A DNA stretch of 64,000 nt from Eledone cirrhosa (Eukaryota), in assembly GCA_964016885.1 (NCBI GenBank), contig OZ024740.1:174096001-174160000 (forward strand). The letters run 5' to 3'. Under the pieces are notes generated by a model. That model worked only from the letters and a program-made list of their open reading frames with translations, did not search any database and was not told where the DNA came from. The translations under genes and the position numbers were made by a program. Position 1 is the first letter of the stretch. Each line of letters starts with the position of its first letter. Positions 38,632-57,053 of this stretch are shown one piece after another.

Positions 38632-38816
38632 GGGGGGATTGGCAGTATCGGTAGAGAGTCGGACGCCATGCTTTGACGCATAGTTACGGCCCTTGCCATT
38701 CTGTGTTCAAATCCCGCCGAGGTTAACTTTGCCTTTCATCCTTACGGGGTCGATAAAATAAAGTACCAGTAATGCACTGGGTAATTACTGGCCTTGTGCC
38801 AAAAGTAGAAACAATT
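38632..38816 (+). mobile_element. SINE family A in satellite
   Basis: Match to family A. Confidence 0.9.
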
Positions 38817-39682
38817 ATATATATATATAATATACACCTACATATATTCAATATATATATATATAATACACCTACATATATTCATTATATATATAATGCA
38901 CCTACATATATTCATTATATATATATATAATACACCTACATATATTCATTATATATATATATAATACACCTACATATATTCATTATATATATATATATAT
39001 AATACACCCACATATATTCATTATATATATATAATACACTTACATAGATTCATTATATATATATATAATATACACCTACATATATTCATTATATATATAT
39101 ATATAATACACCCACATATATTCATTATATATATATATAATATACACCTACATATATTCATTATATATATATATAATACACCCACATATATTCATTATAT
39201 ATATATATATAATATACCTACATATATTCATTATATATATATATATAATACACCTACATATATTCATTATATATATATAATACACCTACATATATTCATT
39301 ATATATATATATATATAATACACCTACATATATTCATTATATATATATATAATACACCTACATATATTCATTATATATTATATATATAATACACCTACAT
39401 ATATTCATTATATATATATATATAATACACCTACATATATTCATTATATATATTTAATATACACCTACATATATTCATTATATATATATATATAATACAC
39501 CCACATATATATCATTATATATATATATAATACACCTACATATATTCATTATATATATATATAATATACACCCACATATATTCATTATATATATATATAA
39601 TATACACCTACATATATTCATTATATATATATAATACACCCACATATATTCATTATATATATATAATACACCTACATATATT

Positions 39683-39722
<40 letters not shown>

Positions 39723-40154
39723 CACCCACATATATTCATTATATATATATATATAATACACCTACATATATTCATTATATATATATATATATATATAATA
39801 CACCCACATATATTCATTATATATATATATAATACACCTACATATATTCATTATATATATATATATATATAATACACCTACATATATTCATTATATATAT
39901 ATATAATATACACCTACATATATTCATTATACATATATATATATAATACACTTACATATATTCATTATATATATATATATAATACACTTACATAGATTCA
40001 TTATATATATATATAATATACACCCACATATATTCATTATATATATATATAATACACCTACATATATTTATTATATATATATATAATACACCTACATATA
40101 TTCATTATATATATATATATAATACACCTACATATATTCATTATATATATATAT

Positions 40155-40338
40155 AATTGTTTCTACTTTTGGCACAAGGCCAGCAATTACCCAGTGTATT
40201 ACTGGTACTTTATTTTATCGACCCCGTGAGGATGAAAGGCAAAGTCAACCTCGGCGGGATTTGAACTCAGATCGTAAAGGGACGTAACTATGCTGGAAAG
40301 CATGGCGTCCGACCCTCTACCGATACTGCCAATCCACC
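40155..40338 (-). mobile_element. SINE family A in satellite
   Basis: Reverse-complement match to family A. Confidence 0.9.
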
Positions 40339-40624
40339 ACACCTACATATATTCATTATATATATATATACTACACCTACATATATTCATTATATATATA
40401 TATAATACACCTACATATATTCATTATATATATATATATATAATACACCCACATATATTCATTATATATATATATATAATACACTTACATAGATTCATTA
40501 TATATATATATAATATACACCTAGATATATTCATTATATATATATATATAATACACCCACATATATTCATTATATATATATATATAATATACACCCACAT
40601 ATATTCATTATATATATATATAAT

Positions 40625-40828
40625 GTAGGCAACACGGTAAAAACCTCCCAGCCCCACACTGTAAATGTGGTTGGTGTTAGGAAGGGCATCCAGCCGTAGA
40701 AATCCCGCCAGTCAGTCCTATGCGAGCAAGACAACCACTCTTGCCTCAAGTGGGAAAACCCCCGTCCAAACCCATGCAAGCGTGGAACACCGACGTTAAA
40801 CGATGATGATGATGATGATGATGATGAT
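40625..40828 (+). mobile_element. SINE family C 3' part with (GAT)n tail
   Basis: GGAAGGGCATCCAGCCGTAGAAA (V-domain-like, from recall) and GACGTTAAAC(GAT)n tail. Duplicate at 55632-55835. Confidence 0.75.
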
Positions 40829-40884
40829 AATACACCCACATATATTCATTATATATATATATATATATATAATATATATATATA

Positions 40885-41162
40885 GGGCGGTGGATTGGCA
40901 ATATCGGTAGAGGGTCGGACGCCATGCTTTCCAGCATAGCTACGCCCCTTTACGATCTGAGTTCAACTCCCGCCGAGGCTAACTTTGCCTTTCATCCTTA
41001 CGGGGTCGATAAAATAAAGTACCAGTAATGCACTGGGTAATTGCTGGCCTTGTGCCTAAAGTAGAAACAATTATATATATATATATATATAATACACCTA
41101 CATAATAAGTACCAGTAATGCACTGGGTAATTGCTGGCCTTGTGCCTAAAGTAGAAACAATT
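40885..41162 (+). mobile_element. SINE family A plus duplicated 3' end (41107-41162)
   Basis: Full copy at 40885-41072, then a repeat of AAGTACCAG...GAAACAATT. Confidence 0.9.
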
Positions 41163-42983
41163 ATATATATATATAATACACCTCCATATATTCATTATAT
41201 ATATATATAATACACCTACATATATTCATTATATATATATATAATACACCTACATATATTCATTATATATATATATAATACACCTACATATATTCATTAT
41301 ATATATATAATACACCTACATATATTCATTATATATATATATAATACACCTACATATATTCATTATATATATATATATAAGACACCTACATATATTCATT
41401 ATATATATATATAATACACCTACATATATTCATTATATATATATATATATAATACACCTACATATATTCATTATATATATATATAATGCACCTACATATA
41501 TTCATTATATATATATATAATACACCTACATATATTCATTATATATATATATATAATACACCTACATATATTCATTATATATATATATATATATAATACA
41601 CCCACATATATTCATTATATATATATATAATACACTTACATAGATTCATTATATATAATATTCATTATATATATATATATATATATAATACACCCATATA
41701 TATTCATTATCTCTATATATATAATACACCTACATATATTCATTATATATATATATATATATAATACACCTACATATTTTTATTATATATATATATAATA
41801 CACCTACATATATTCATTATATATATATAATGAATATATATTCATTATATATATATATATAATACACCTACATATATTCATTATATATATATATAATACA
41901 CCTACATATATTCATTATATATATATATATAATGCACCTACATATATTCATTATATATATATATATAATACACCCACATATATTCATTATATATATATAT
42001 AATATACACCTACATATATTCATTATATATATATATATAATACACCCACATATATTCATTATATATATATATACATAATACACCCACATATATTCATCAT
42101 ATATATATATAATACACCTACATATATTCATTATATATATATAATACACCCACATATATTCATTATATATATATATAATATACACCTACATATATTCATT
42201 ATATATATATATATATAATACACCCACATATATTCATTATATATATATATAATACACCCACATATATTCATTATATATATATATATAATACACCTACATA
42301 TATTCATTATATATATATATAATACACCTACATGTATTCATTATATATATATATATATATATAATACACCTACATATATTTATTATATATATAATACACC
42401 TACATATATTCATTATATATATATATATAATACACCTACATATATTCATTATATATATATAATGCACCTACATATATTCATTATATATATATATATATAA
42501 TAAACCTACATATATTCATCATATATATATATAATACACCTACATATATTCATTATATATATATATAATACACCTACATATATTCATTATATATATATAT
42601 GTATAATACACCCACATATATTCATTATATATATATATAATATACACCTACATATATTCATTATATATATATATATAATACACCCACATATATTCATTAT
42701 ATATATATATATATAATACACCCACATATATTCATTATATATATATATAATACACCTACATATATTCATTATATATATATATAATACACCTGCATATATT
42801 CATTATATATATATATAATATACACCTACATATATTCATTATATATATATATATAATACACCCACATATATTCATTATATATATATATAATACACCCACA
42901 TATATTCATTATATATATATATATATATAATACACCTACATATATTCATTATATATATATATATAATACACTTACATAGATTC

Positions 42984-43017
<34 letters not shown>

Positions 43018-44250
43018 GCACCTACATATGTTCATTATATATATATATATTACACCTACATATATTCATTATATATATATATATAATACCCCTACATATA
43101 TTCATTATATATATATATATAATATACACCTACACATATTCATTATATATATATATATAATACAACCACATATATTCATTATATATATATATATTTATAT
43201 AATACACCCACATATATTCATTATATATATATATATAATACACCTACATATATTCATTATATATATATATATATAATGCACCTACATATTTTCATTATAT
43301 ATATATATATATAATAAACCTACATATATTCATTATATATATATATAATGCACCTACATATATTCATTATATATATATATATAATACACCTACATATATT
43401 CATTATATATATATATATAATACACCTACATATATTCATTATATATATATATATATATATAATACACCTACATATTTTTATTATATATATATATAATACA
43501 CCTACATATATTCATTATATATATATATATATATATAATACACCTACATATTTTTATTATATATATATATAATACACCTACATATATTCATTATATATAT
43601 ATATATAATACACCTACATATATTCATTATATATATATATATAATACACCCACATATATTCATTATATATATATATAATACACCTACATATATTCATTAT
43701 CTATATATATATAATACACCTACATATATTCATTATATATATATATAATATACACACACATATATTCATTATATATATATATATATATAATACACACACA
43801 TATATTCATTATATATATATATATAATACACCTACATATATTCATTATATATATATATAATACACCCACATATATTCATTATATATATATATAATACACC
43901 TACATATATTCATTATATATATATATATAATGCACCTACATATTTTCATTATATATATATATATATATATAATACACCTACATATATTCATTATATATAT
44001 ATATATAATACACCTACATATATTCATTATATATATATATAATACACCTACATATTTTCATTATATATATATATATAATAAACCTACATATATTCATTAT
44101 ATATATATATAATGCACCTACATATATTCATTATATATATATATATAATACACCTACATATATTCATTATATATATATATATAATACACCTACATATATT
44201 CATTATATATATATAATACACCCACATATATTCATTATATATATATATAT

Positions 44251-44453
44251 AATTGTTTCTACTTTTGGCACAAGGCCAGCAATTATCCAGTGCATTACTG
44301 GTACTTTATTTTATCGACCCCGTAAGGATGAAAGGCAAAGTTAACCTCGGCGGGATTTGAACTCAAACCATAAAGGGGCGTAACTCTTTGCTGCAAAGCA
44401 TAGCGTCAGACCCTCTACCGATACTGCCAATCCACCGATACTGCCAATCCACC
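44251..44453 (-). mobile_element. SINE family A with 17-bp tandem duplication at its head
   Basis: CCGATACTGCCAATCCA twice (44418-44451). Confidence 0.9.
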
Positions 44454-45910
44454 TACATATATTCATTATATATATATATAATACACCTACATATATTCAT
44501 TATATATATATATATATATAATACACCTACATATATTCATTATATATATATATATATATATAATACACCTACATATATTTATTATATATATAATACACCT
44601 ACATATATTCATTATATATATATATATATAATACACCTACATATATTCATTATATATATATAATGCACCTACATATATTCATTATATATATATATAATAC
44701 ACCTACATATATTCATTATATATATATATAATACACCTACATATATTCATTATATATATATATATATAATACACCCACATATATTCATTATATATATATA
44801 TAATACACCCACATATATTCATTATATATATATATATATAATACACCTACATATATTCATTATATATATATATAATACACCTACATATATTCATTATATA
44901 TATATATATATATAATACACCTACATATATTCATTATATATATATATATATATATAATACACCTACATATATTTATTATATATATAATACACCTACATAT
45001 ATTCATTATATATATATATATAATACACCTACATATATTCATTATATATATATAATGCACCTACATATATTCATTATATATATATATATATAATAAACCT
45101 ACATATATTCATTATATATATATATAATACACCTACATATATTCATTATATATATATATATATAATACACCCACATATATTCATTATATATATATATAAT
45201 ATACACCTACATATATTCATTATATATATATATATAATACACCCACATATATTCATTATATATATATATATATAAAATACACCCACATATATTCATTATA
45301 TATATATATAATACACCTACATATATTCATTATATATATATATAATACACCTGCATATATTCATTATATATATATATAATATACACCTACATATATTCAT
45401 TACATATATATATATAATACACCCACATATATTCATTATATATATATATAATACACCCACATATATTCATTATATATATATATATATAATACACCTACAT
45501 ATATTCATTATATATATATATATAATACACTTACATAGATTCATTATATATATATATAATGCACCTACATATGTTCATTATATATATATATATTACACCT
45601 ACATATATTCATTATATATATATATATAATACCCCTACATATATTCATTATATATATATATATAATATACACCTACACATATTCATTATATATATATATA
45701 TAATACACCCACATATATTCATTATATATATATATATTTATATAATACACCCACATATATTCATTATATATATATATATAATACACCTACATATATTCAT
45801 TATATATATATATATATAATGCACCTACATATTTTCATTATATATATATATATATAATAAACCTACATATATTCATTATATATATATATAATACACCTAC
45901 ATATATTCAT

Positions 45911-45941
<31 letters not shown>

Positions 45942-48536
45942 CACCTACATATATTCATTATATATATTTAATATACACCTACATATATTCATTATATATA
46001 TATATAGAATACACCCACATATATTCATTATATATATATATAATACACCTACATATATTCATTATATATATATATATAATACACCCACATATATTCATTA
46101 TATATATATATATAATACACCTACATATATTCATTATATATATATATAATACACCTACATATATTCATTATATATATATATACTACACCTACATATATTC
46201 ATTATATATATATATAATCCACCTACATATATTCATTATATATATATATATAATACACCTACATATATTCATTATCTATATATATATAATGCACCTACAT
46301 ATATTCATTATATATATATATAATACACCTACATATATTCATTATATATATATATAATATACACCTACATATATTCAATATATATATATATATAATACAC
46401 CCACATATATTCATTATATATATATATATAATACACCCACATATATTCATTATATATATATATAATACACCTACATATATTCAATATATATATATATATA
46501 ATACACCCACATATATTCATTATATATATATATAATATACACCTACATATATTCATTATATATATATATATAATACACCCACATATATTCATTATATATA
46601 TATATAATACACTCACTTATATTCATTATATATATATATATAATACACCTACATATATTCATTATATATATATATAATACACCTACATATATTCATTATA
46701 TATATATATATATAATACACCTACATATATTCATTATATATATATATATATATATAATACACCTACATATTTTTATTATATATATATATAATACACCTAC
46801 ATATATTCATTATATATATATATATATATAATACACCTACATATATTCATTATATATATATATAATACACCTACATATTTTCATTATATATATATATAAT
46901 ACACCTACATATATTCATTATATATATATATATATAATACACCCACATATATTCATTATATATATATAATACACTTACATAGATTCATTATATATATATA
47001 TAATATACACCTACATATATTCATTATATATATATATATATAATACACCCACATATATTCATTATATATATATATAATATACACCTACATATATTCATTA
47101 TATATATATATAATACACCCACATATATTCATTATATATATATATAATACACCTACATATATTAATTATATATATATATAATACACCTACATATATTCAT
47201 TATATATATAATACACCTACATATATTCATTATATATATAATACACCTACATATATTCATTATATATATATATATAATACACCTACATATATTCATTATA
47301 TATATATATAATACACCTACATATATTCATTATATATATATATATATAATACACCTACATATATTCATTATATATATATATAATGCACCTACATATATTC
47401 ATTATATATATATATAATACACCTACATATATTCATTATATATATATATATAATACACCTACATATATTCATTGTATATATATATATATATATAATACAC
47501 CCACATATATTCATTATATATATATATATAATACACCTACATATATTCATTATATATATATATAATACACCTACATATATTCATTATATATATATATATA
47601 ATACACTTACATATATTCATTATATATATATATAATACACCTACATATATTCATTATATATATATATATAATACACCTACATATATTCATTATCTATATA
47701 TATATAATACACCTACATATATTCATTATATATATATATAATATACACCCACATATATTCATTATATATATATATATATAATACACCCACATATATTCAT
47801 TATATATATATATATAATACACCTACATATATTCATTATATATATATATATATATATAATACACCTACATATATTCATTATATATATATATAATATACAC
47901 CTACATATATTCATTATATATATATATATATATAATGCACCTACATATGTTCATTATATATATATATATTACACCTACATATATTCATTATATATATATA
48001 TATATAATGCACCTACATATTTTCATTATATATATATATATATAATAAACCTACATATATTCATTATATATATATATAATACACCTACATATATTCATTA
48101 TATATATATATATAATACACCTACATATATTCATTATCTATATATATATAATACACCTACATATATTCATTATATATATATATAATATACACCCACATAT
48201 ATTCATTATATATATATATATATAATACACCCACATATATTCATTATATATATATATATAATACACCTACATATATTCATTATATATATATATATATATA
48301 TAATACACCTACATATATTCATTATATATATATATAATATACACCTACATATATTCATTATATATATATATATATAATGCACCTACATATGTTCATTATA
48401 TATATATATATTACACCTACATATATTCATTATATATATATATATAATGCACCTACATATTTTCATTATATATATATATATATAATAAACCTACATATAT
48501 TCATTATATATATATATAATACACCTACATATATTC

Positions 48537-48573
<37 letters not shown>

Positions 48574-51500
48574 CACCTACATATATTCATTATATATATT
48601 TAATATACACCTACATATATTCATTATATATATATATAGAATACACCCACATATATTCATTATATATATATATAATACACCTACATATATTCATTATATA
48701 TATATATATAATACACCCACATATATTCATTATATATATATATATAATACACCTACATATATTCATTATATATATATATAATACACCTACATATATTCAT
48801 TATATATATATATACTACACCTACATATATTCATTATATATATATATAATCCACCTACATATATTCATTATATATATATATATAATACACCTACATATAT
48901 TCATTATCTATATATATATAATACACCTACATATATTCATTATATATATATATAATACACCTACATATATTCATTATATATATATATAATATACACCTAC
49001 ATATATTCAATATATATATATATATAATACACCCACATATATTCATTATATATATATATATAATACACCCACATATATTCATTATATATATATATAATAC
49101 ACCTACATATATTCAATATATATATATATATAATACACCCACATATATTCATTATATATATATATAATATACACCTACATATATTCATTATATATATATA
49201 TATAATACACCCACATATATTCATTATATATATATATAATACACTCACATATATTCATTATATATATATATATAATACACCTACATATATTCATTATATA
49301 TATATATAATACACCTACATATATTCATTATATATATATATATATAATACACCTACATATATTCATTATATATATATATATATATAATACACCTACATAT
49401 TTTTATTATATATATATAATACACCTACATATATTCATTATATATATATATATATATAATACACCTACATATATTCATTATATATATATATAATACACCT
49501 ACATATTTTCATTATATATATATATAATACACCTACATATATTCATTATATATATATATATATAATACACCCACATATATTCATTATATATATATAATAC
49601 ACTTACATAGATTCATTATATATATATATAATATACACCTACATATATTCATTATATATATATATATATAATACACCCACATATATTCATTATATATATA
49701 TATAATATACACCTACATATATTCATTATATATATATATAATACACCCACATATATTCATTATATATATATATAATACACCTACATATATTCATTATATA
49801 TATATATAATACACCTACATATATTCATTATATATATAATACACCCACCTACATATATTCATTATATATATATATAATACACCTACATATATTCATTATA
49901 TATATAATACACCTACATATATTCATTATATATATATATATAATACACCTACATATATTCATTATATATATATATAATACACCTACATATATTCATTATA
50001 TATATATATAATACACCTACATATATTCATTATATATATATATAATGCACCTACATATATTCATTATATATATATATAATACACCTACATATATTCATTA
50101 TATATATATATATAATACACCTACATATATTCATTGTATATATATATATATATATAATACACCCACATATATTCATTATATATATATATATAATACACCT
50201 ACATATATTCATTATATATATATATAATACACCTACATATATTCATTATATATATATATATAATACACTTACATATATTCATTATATATATATATAATAC
50301 ACCTACATATATTCATTATATATATATATATAATACACCTACATATATTCATTATCTATATATATATAATACACCTACATATATTCATTATATATATATA
50401 TAATATACACCCACATATATTCATTATATATATATATATATAATACACCCACATATATTCATTATATATATATATATAATACACCTACATATATTCATTA
50501 TATATATATATAATACACCCACATATATTCATTATATATATATATAATACACCCACATATATTCATTATATATATATATAATGCACCTACATATTTTCAT
50601 TATATATATATATAATACACCTACATATATTCATTATATATATATATATAATACACCTACATATATTCATTATATATATATATATATATATAATACACCT
50701 ACATATATTCATTATATATATATATAATATACACCTACATATATTCATTATATATATATATATATATATATAATGCACCTACATATGTTCATTATATATA
50801 TATATATTACACCTACATATATTCATTATATATATATATATAATACACCTACATATATTCATTATATATATATAATACCCCTACATATATTCATTATATA
50901 TATGTATTATACACCTACATATATTCATTATATATATATATATAATACACCCACATATATTCATTATATATATATATATATAATACACCTACATATATTC
51001 ATTATATATATATATATAATGCACCTACATATTTTCATTATATATATATATAATACACCTACATATATTCATTATATATATATATATGTAATACACCTAC
51101 ATATATTCATTATATATATATATAATACACCTACATATGTTCATTATATATATATATAATACACCTACATATATTCATTATATATATATATATAATACAC
51201 CTACATATATTCCTTATATATATTTAATATACACCTACATATATTCATTATATATATATATATAATACACCCACATATATTCATTATATATATATATAAT
51301 ACACCTACATATATTCATTATATATATATATAATATACACCCACATATATTCATTATATATATATATAATATACACCTACATATATTCATTATATATATA
51401 TCTATAATACACCCACATATATTCATTATATATATATAATACACCTACATATATTCATTATATATATATATATAATACACCCACATATATTCATTATATA

Positions 51501-54500
51501 TATATATATATAATACACCTACATATATTCATTATATATATATATATATATAATACACCCACATATATTCATTATATATATATATATATAATACACCTAC
51601 ATATATTCATTATATATATATATATAATACACCTACATATATTCATTATATATATATATAATATACACCTACATATATTCATTATACATATATATATATA
51701 ATACACTTACATATATTCATTATATATATATATATAATACACTTACATAGATTCATTATATATATATATAATATACACCTACATATTTTTATTATATATA
51801 TATATAATACACCTACATATATTCATTATATATATATATATATAATACACCTACATATATTCATTATATATATATATAATACACCTACATATTTTCATTA
51901 TATATATATATAATACACCTACATATATTCATTATATATATATATATATATAATACACCCACATATATTCATTATATATATATAATACACTTACATAGAT
52001 TCATTATATATATATATATATATAATACACCCTCATATATTCATTATATATATAATATACACCTACATATATTCATTATATATATATATAATACACCCAC
52101 ATATATTCATTATATATATATATATAATACACCTACATATATTCATTATATATATATATAATATACACCCACATATCTTCATTATATATATATATATATA
52201 ATACACCCACATATATTCATTATATATACATATATAATACACCTACATATATTCATTATATATATATATATATAATACACCTACATATATTCATTATATA
52301 TATATATAATACACCTACATATATTCATTATATATATATATAATATACACCCACATATCTTCATTATATATATATATATATAATACACCCACATATATTC
52401 ATTATATATACATATATAATACACCTACATATATTCATTATATATATATATATATAATACACCTACATATATTCATTATATATATATATAATACACCTAC
52501 ATATATTCATTATATATATATATAATATACACCCACATATATTCATTATATATATATATATATATAATACACCCACATATATTCATTATATATACATATA
52601 TAATACACCTACATATATTCATTATATATATATATAATGCAGCTACATATTTTCATTATATATATATATAATACACCTACATATATTCATTATATATATA
52701 TATATAATACACCTACATATATTCATTATATATATATATATAATACACCTACATATATTCATTATATATATATATAATATACACCTACATATATTCAATA
52801 TATATATATATATATATATATAATACACCCACATATATTCATTATATATATATATATATAATACACCCACATATACTCATTATATATATATATAATACAC
52901 CTACATATATTCAATATATATATATATATAATACACCCACATATATTCATTATATATATATATAATATACACCTACATATATTCATTATATATATATATA
53001 TAATACACCCACATATATTCATTATATATATATATAATACACCCACATATATTCATTATATATATATATATAATACACCTACATATATTCATTATATATA
53101 TATATATAATACACCTACATATATTCATTATATATATATATATATAATACACCTACATATATTCATTATATATATATATATATATAATACACCTACATAT
53201 TTTTATTATATATATATATAATACACCTACATATATTCATTATATATATATATATATATAATACACCTACATATATTCATTATATATATATATAATACAC
53301 CTACATATATTCATTATATATATATATATAATACACCTACATATATTCATTATATATATATATAATGCACCTACATATATTCATTATATATATATATAAT
53401 ACAACTACATATATTCATTATATATATATATAATACACCTACATATATTACTATATATATATATATATATATAATACACCCACATATATTCATTATATAT
53501 ATATATATATAATACACCTACATATATTCATTATATATATATATATATATATAATACACCTACATATATTCATTATATATATATATATAATACACCTACA
53601 TATATTCATTATATATATATATATATATAATACAGCTACATATTTTTATTATATATATATATAATACACCTACATATATTCATTATATATATATATATAT
53701 ATAATATACCTACATATTTTTATTATATATATATATAATACACCCACATATATTCATTATATACATATAATACACTTACATAGATTCATTATATATATAT
53801 ATAATATACACCTACATATATTCATTATATATATATATATAATACACCCATATATATTCATTATATATATATATATAATATACACCTACATATATTCATT
53901 ATATATATATATAATACACCCACATATATTCATTATATATATATATATATAATACACCCACATATATTCATTATATATATATATATAATACACCTACATA
54001 TATTCATTATATATATATATATAATACACCCACATATATTCATTATATATATATATATAATGCACCTACATATTTTCATTATATATATATATAATCCACC
54101 TACATATATTCATTATATATATATATATAATACACCTACATATATTCATTATATATATATATATATATATAATACACCTACATATATTCATTATATATAT
54201 ATATAATATACACGTACATATATTCATTATATATATATAATACACCCACATATATTCATTATATATATATATATAATACACCCACATATATTCATTATAT
54301 ATATATATAATACACCTACATATATTCATTATATATATATATAATACCCCTACATATATTCATTATATATATATATAATACCCCTACATATATTCATTAT
54401 ATATATATATATAATACACCTACATATATTCATTATATATATATATAATACCCCTACATATATTCATTATATATATATATAATATACACCTACATATATT

Positions 54501-55631
54501 CATTATATATATATATATAATACACCCACATATATTCATTATATATATATATATATATAATACACCTACATATATTCATTATATATATATATATATAATG
54601 CACCTACATATTTTCATTATATATATATATAATACACCTACATATATTCATTATATATATATATAATACACCTACATATATTCATTATATATATATATAT
54701 AATACACCTACATATATTCATTATATATATTTAATATACACCTACATATATTCATTATATATATATATAATGCACCCACATATATTCATTATATATATAT
54801 ATATAATACACATACATATATTCATTATATATATATATAATATACACCCACATATATTCATTATATATATATATATAATACACCCACATATATTCATTAT
54901 ATATATATAATATACACCTACATATATTCATTATATATATATATATATAATACACTCACATATATTCATTACATATATATAATACACCTACATATATTCA
55001 TTATATATATATATATAATACACCCACATATATTCATTATATATATATATATATAATACACCTACATATATTCATTATATATATATATGTATATAATACA
55101 CCCACATATATTCATTATATATATATAATACACCTACATATATTCATTATATATATATATATATAATACACCTACATATATTCATTATATATATATATAA
55201 TATACACCTACATATATTCATTATACATATATATATATAATACACTTACATATATTCATTATATATATATATAATATACACCTACATATATTCATTATAT
55301 ATATATATAATACACCTACATATATTTATTATATATATATATATAATACACCTACATATATTCATTATATATATATATATAATACACCTACATATATTCA
55401 TTATATATATATATATAATACACCTACATATATTCATTATATATATATATACTACACCTACATATATTCATTATATATATAATACACCTACATATATTCA
55501 TTATATATATATATATATATAATACACCCACATATATTCATTATATATATATATATAATACACCCACATATATTCATTATATATATATATATAATATACA
55601 CCTACATATATTCATTATATATATATATAAT

Positions 55632-55835
55632 GTAGGCAACACGGTAAAAACCTCCCAGCCCCACACTGTAAATGTGGTTGGTGTTAGGAAGGGCATCCAG
55701 CCGTAGAAAACCCGCCAGTCAGTCCTATGCGAGCAAGACAACCACTCTTGCCTCAAGTGGGAAAACCCCCGTCCAAACCCATGCAAGCGTGGAACACCGA
55801 CGTTAAACGATGATGATGATGATGATGATGATGAT
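55632..55835 (+). mobile_element. SINE family C 3' part (duplicate)
   Basis: Near-identical to 40625-40828. Confidence 0.75.
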
Positions 55836-55854
55836 AATACACCCACATATATTC

Positions 55855-55909
<55 letters not shown>

Positions 55910-55915
55910 TATATA

Positions 55916-56103
55916 GGGCGGTGGATTGGCAATATCGGTAGAGGGTCGGACGCCATGCTTTCCAGCATAGCTACGCCCCTTTACGATCTGAGTTCAACTC
56001 CCGCCGAGGCTAACTTTGCCTTTCATCCTTACGGGGTCGACAAAATAAAGTACCAGTAATGCACTGGGTAATTGCTGGCCTTGTGCCTAAAGTAGAAACA
56101 ATT
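55916..56103 (+). mobile_element. SINE family A (duplicate of 40885-41072)
   Basis: Shares private variants GGCAATATCGG, CATAGCTACGCCCC and GTTCAACTCCCGCCGAGGCTAAC. Confidence 0.9.
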
Positions 56104-56349
56104 ATATATATATATATAATACACCTACATATATTCATTATATATATATATATAATACACCTACATATATTCATTATATATATATATAATACACCCACAT
56201 ATATTCATTATATATATATATATAATACACCTACATATATTCATTATATATATATATATAATACACCTACATATATTCATTATATATATATATAATACAC
56301 CCACATATATTCATTATATATATATATAATATACCTACATATATTCATT

Positions 56350-56678
56350 CGAGGTTAACTTTGCCTTTCATCCTTACGGGGTCGATAAAATAAAGTACCA
56401 GTAATGCACTGGGTAATTGCTGGCCTTGTGCCTGAAGTAGAAACAATTATATATATATATATAATACACCTACATATATTCATAGATGTTTGGCGATGGA
56501 TTGGCAGTATCGATAGAGGGTCGGACGCCATGCTTTCCAGCATAGTTACGTCCCTTTACGATCTGAGTTCAAATCCCGCCGAGGTTGACTTTGCCTTTCA
56601 TCCTTACGGGGTCGATAAAATAAAGTACCAGTAATGCAATGGGTATTTGCTGGCCTTGTGCCTAAAGTAGAAACAATT
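56350..56678 (+). mobile_element. Two SINE family A copies (partial 56350-56448, full 56492-56678) at the array end
   Basis: Match to family A. Confidence 0.88.
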
Positions 56679-56743
56679 ATATATATATATAAGTTACCTT
56701 AAATAGCAACTACACAACTGTTTCTATTCTCCAAATATTTCAT

Positions 56744-56798
<55 letters not shown>

Positions 56799-56984
56799 CT
56801 AGGGTTGTGTGTAAAATAATTACTTCATGTACTTATGTAGTTTAAATATATGTGGCTACCTCTCCTACTTCCCCTTCCCCTCTCTTGATATATATCTATT
56901 TGTTTGTTTATATACATTTACGCACATACACGTCATTTTTGTAGGAATTCCAGGCGTGGAAGAGTTTCTGAATGTACGCACGCA

Positions 56985-57053
<69 letters not shown>

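Larger units (their letters stand above)
36077..56483. repeat. ~20.4-kb satellite, unit AATACACCYACATATATTCATT(AT)n
   Basis: Constant 22-bp core plus variable (AT)n, unit mostly about 30-45 bp. Roughly 500 units (estimate from length). Interrupted by SINEs. Confidence 0.98.

Noticed and set aside
36077-56483. CRISPR-like repeat/spacer array or repetitive protein ORFs
   Set aside because: The spacers are only (AT)n, there are no cas genes and the context is eukaryotic. The ORFs are translations of the satellite.
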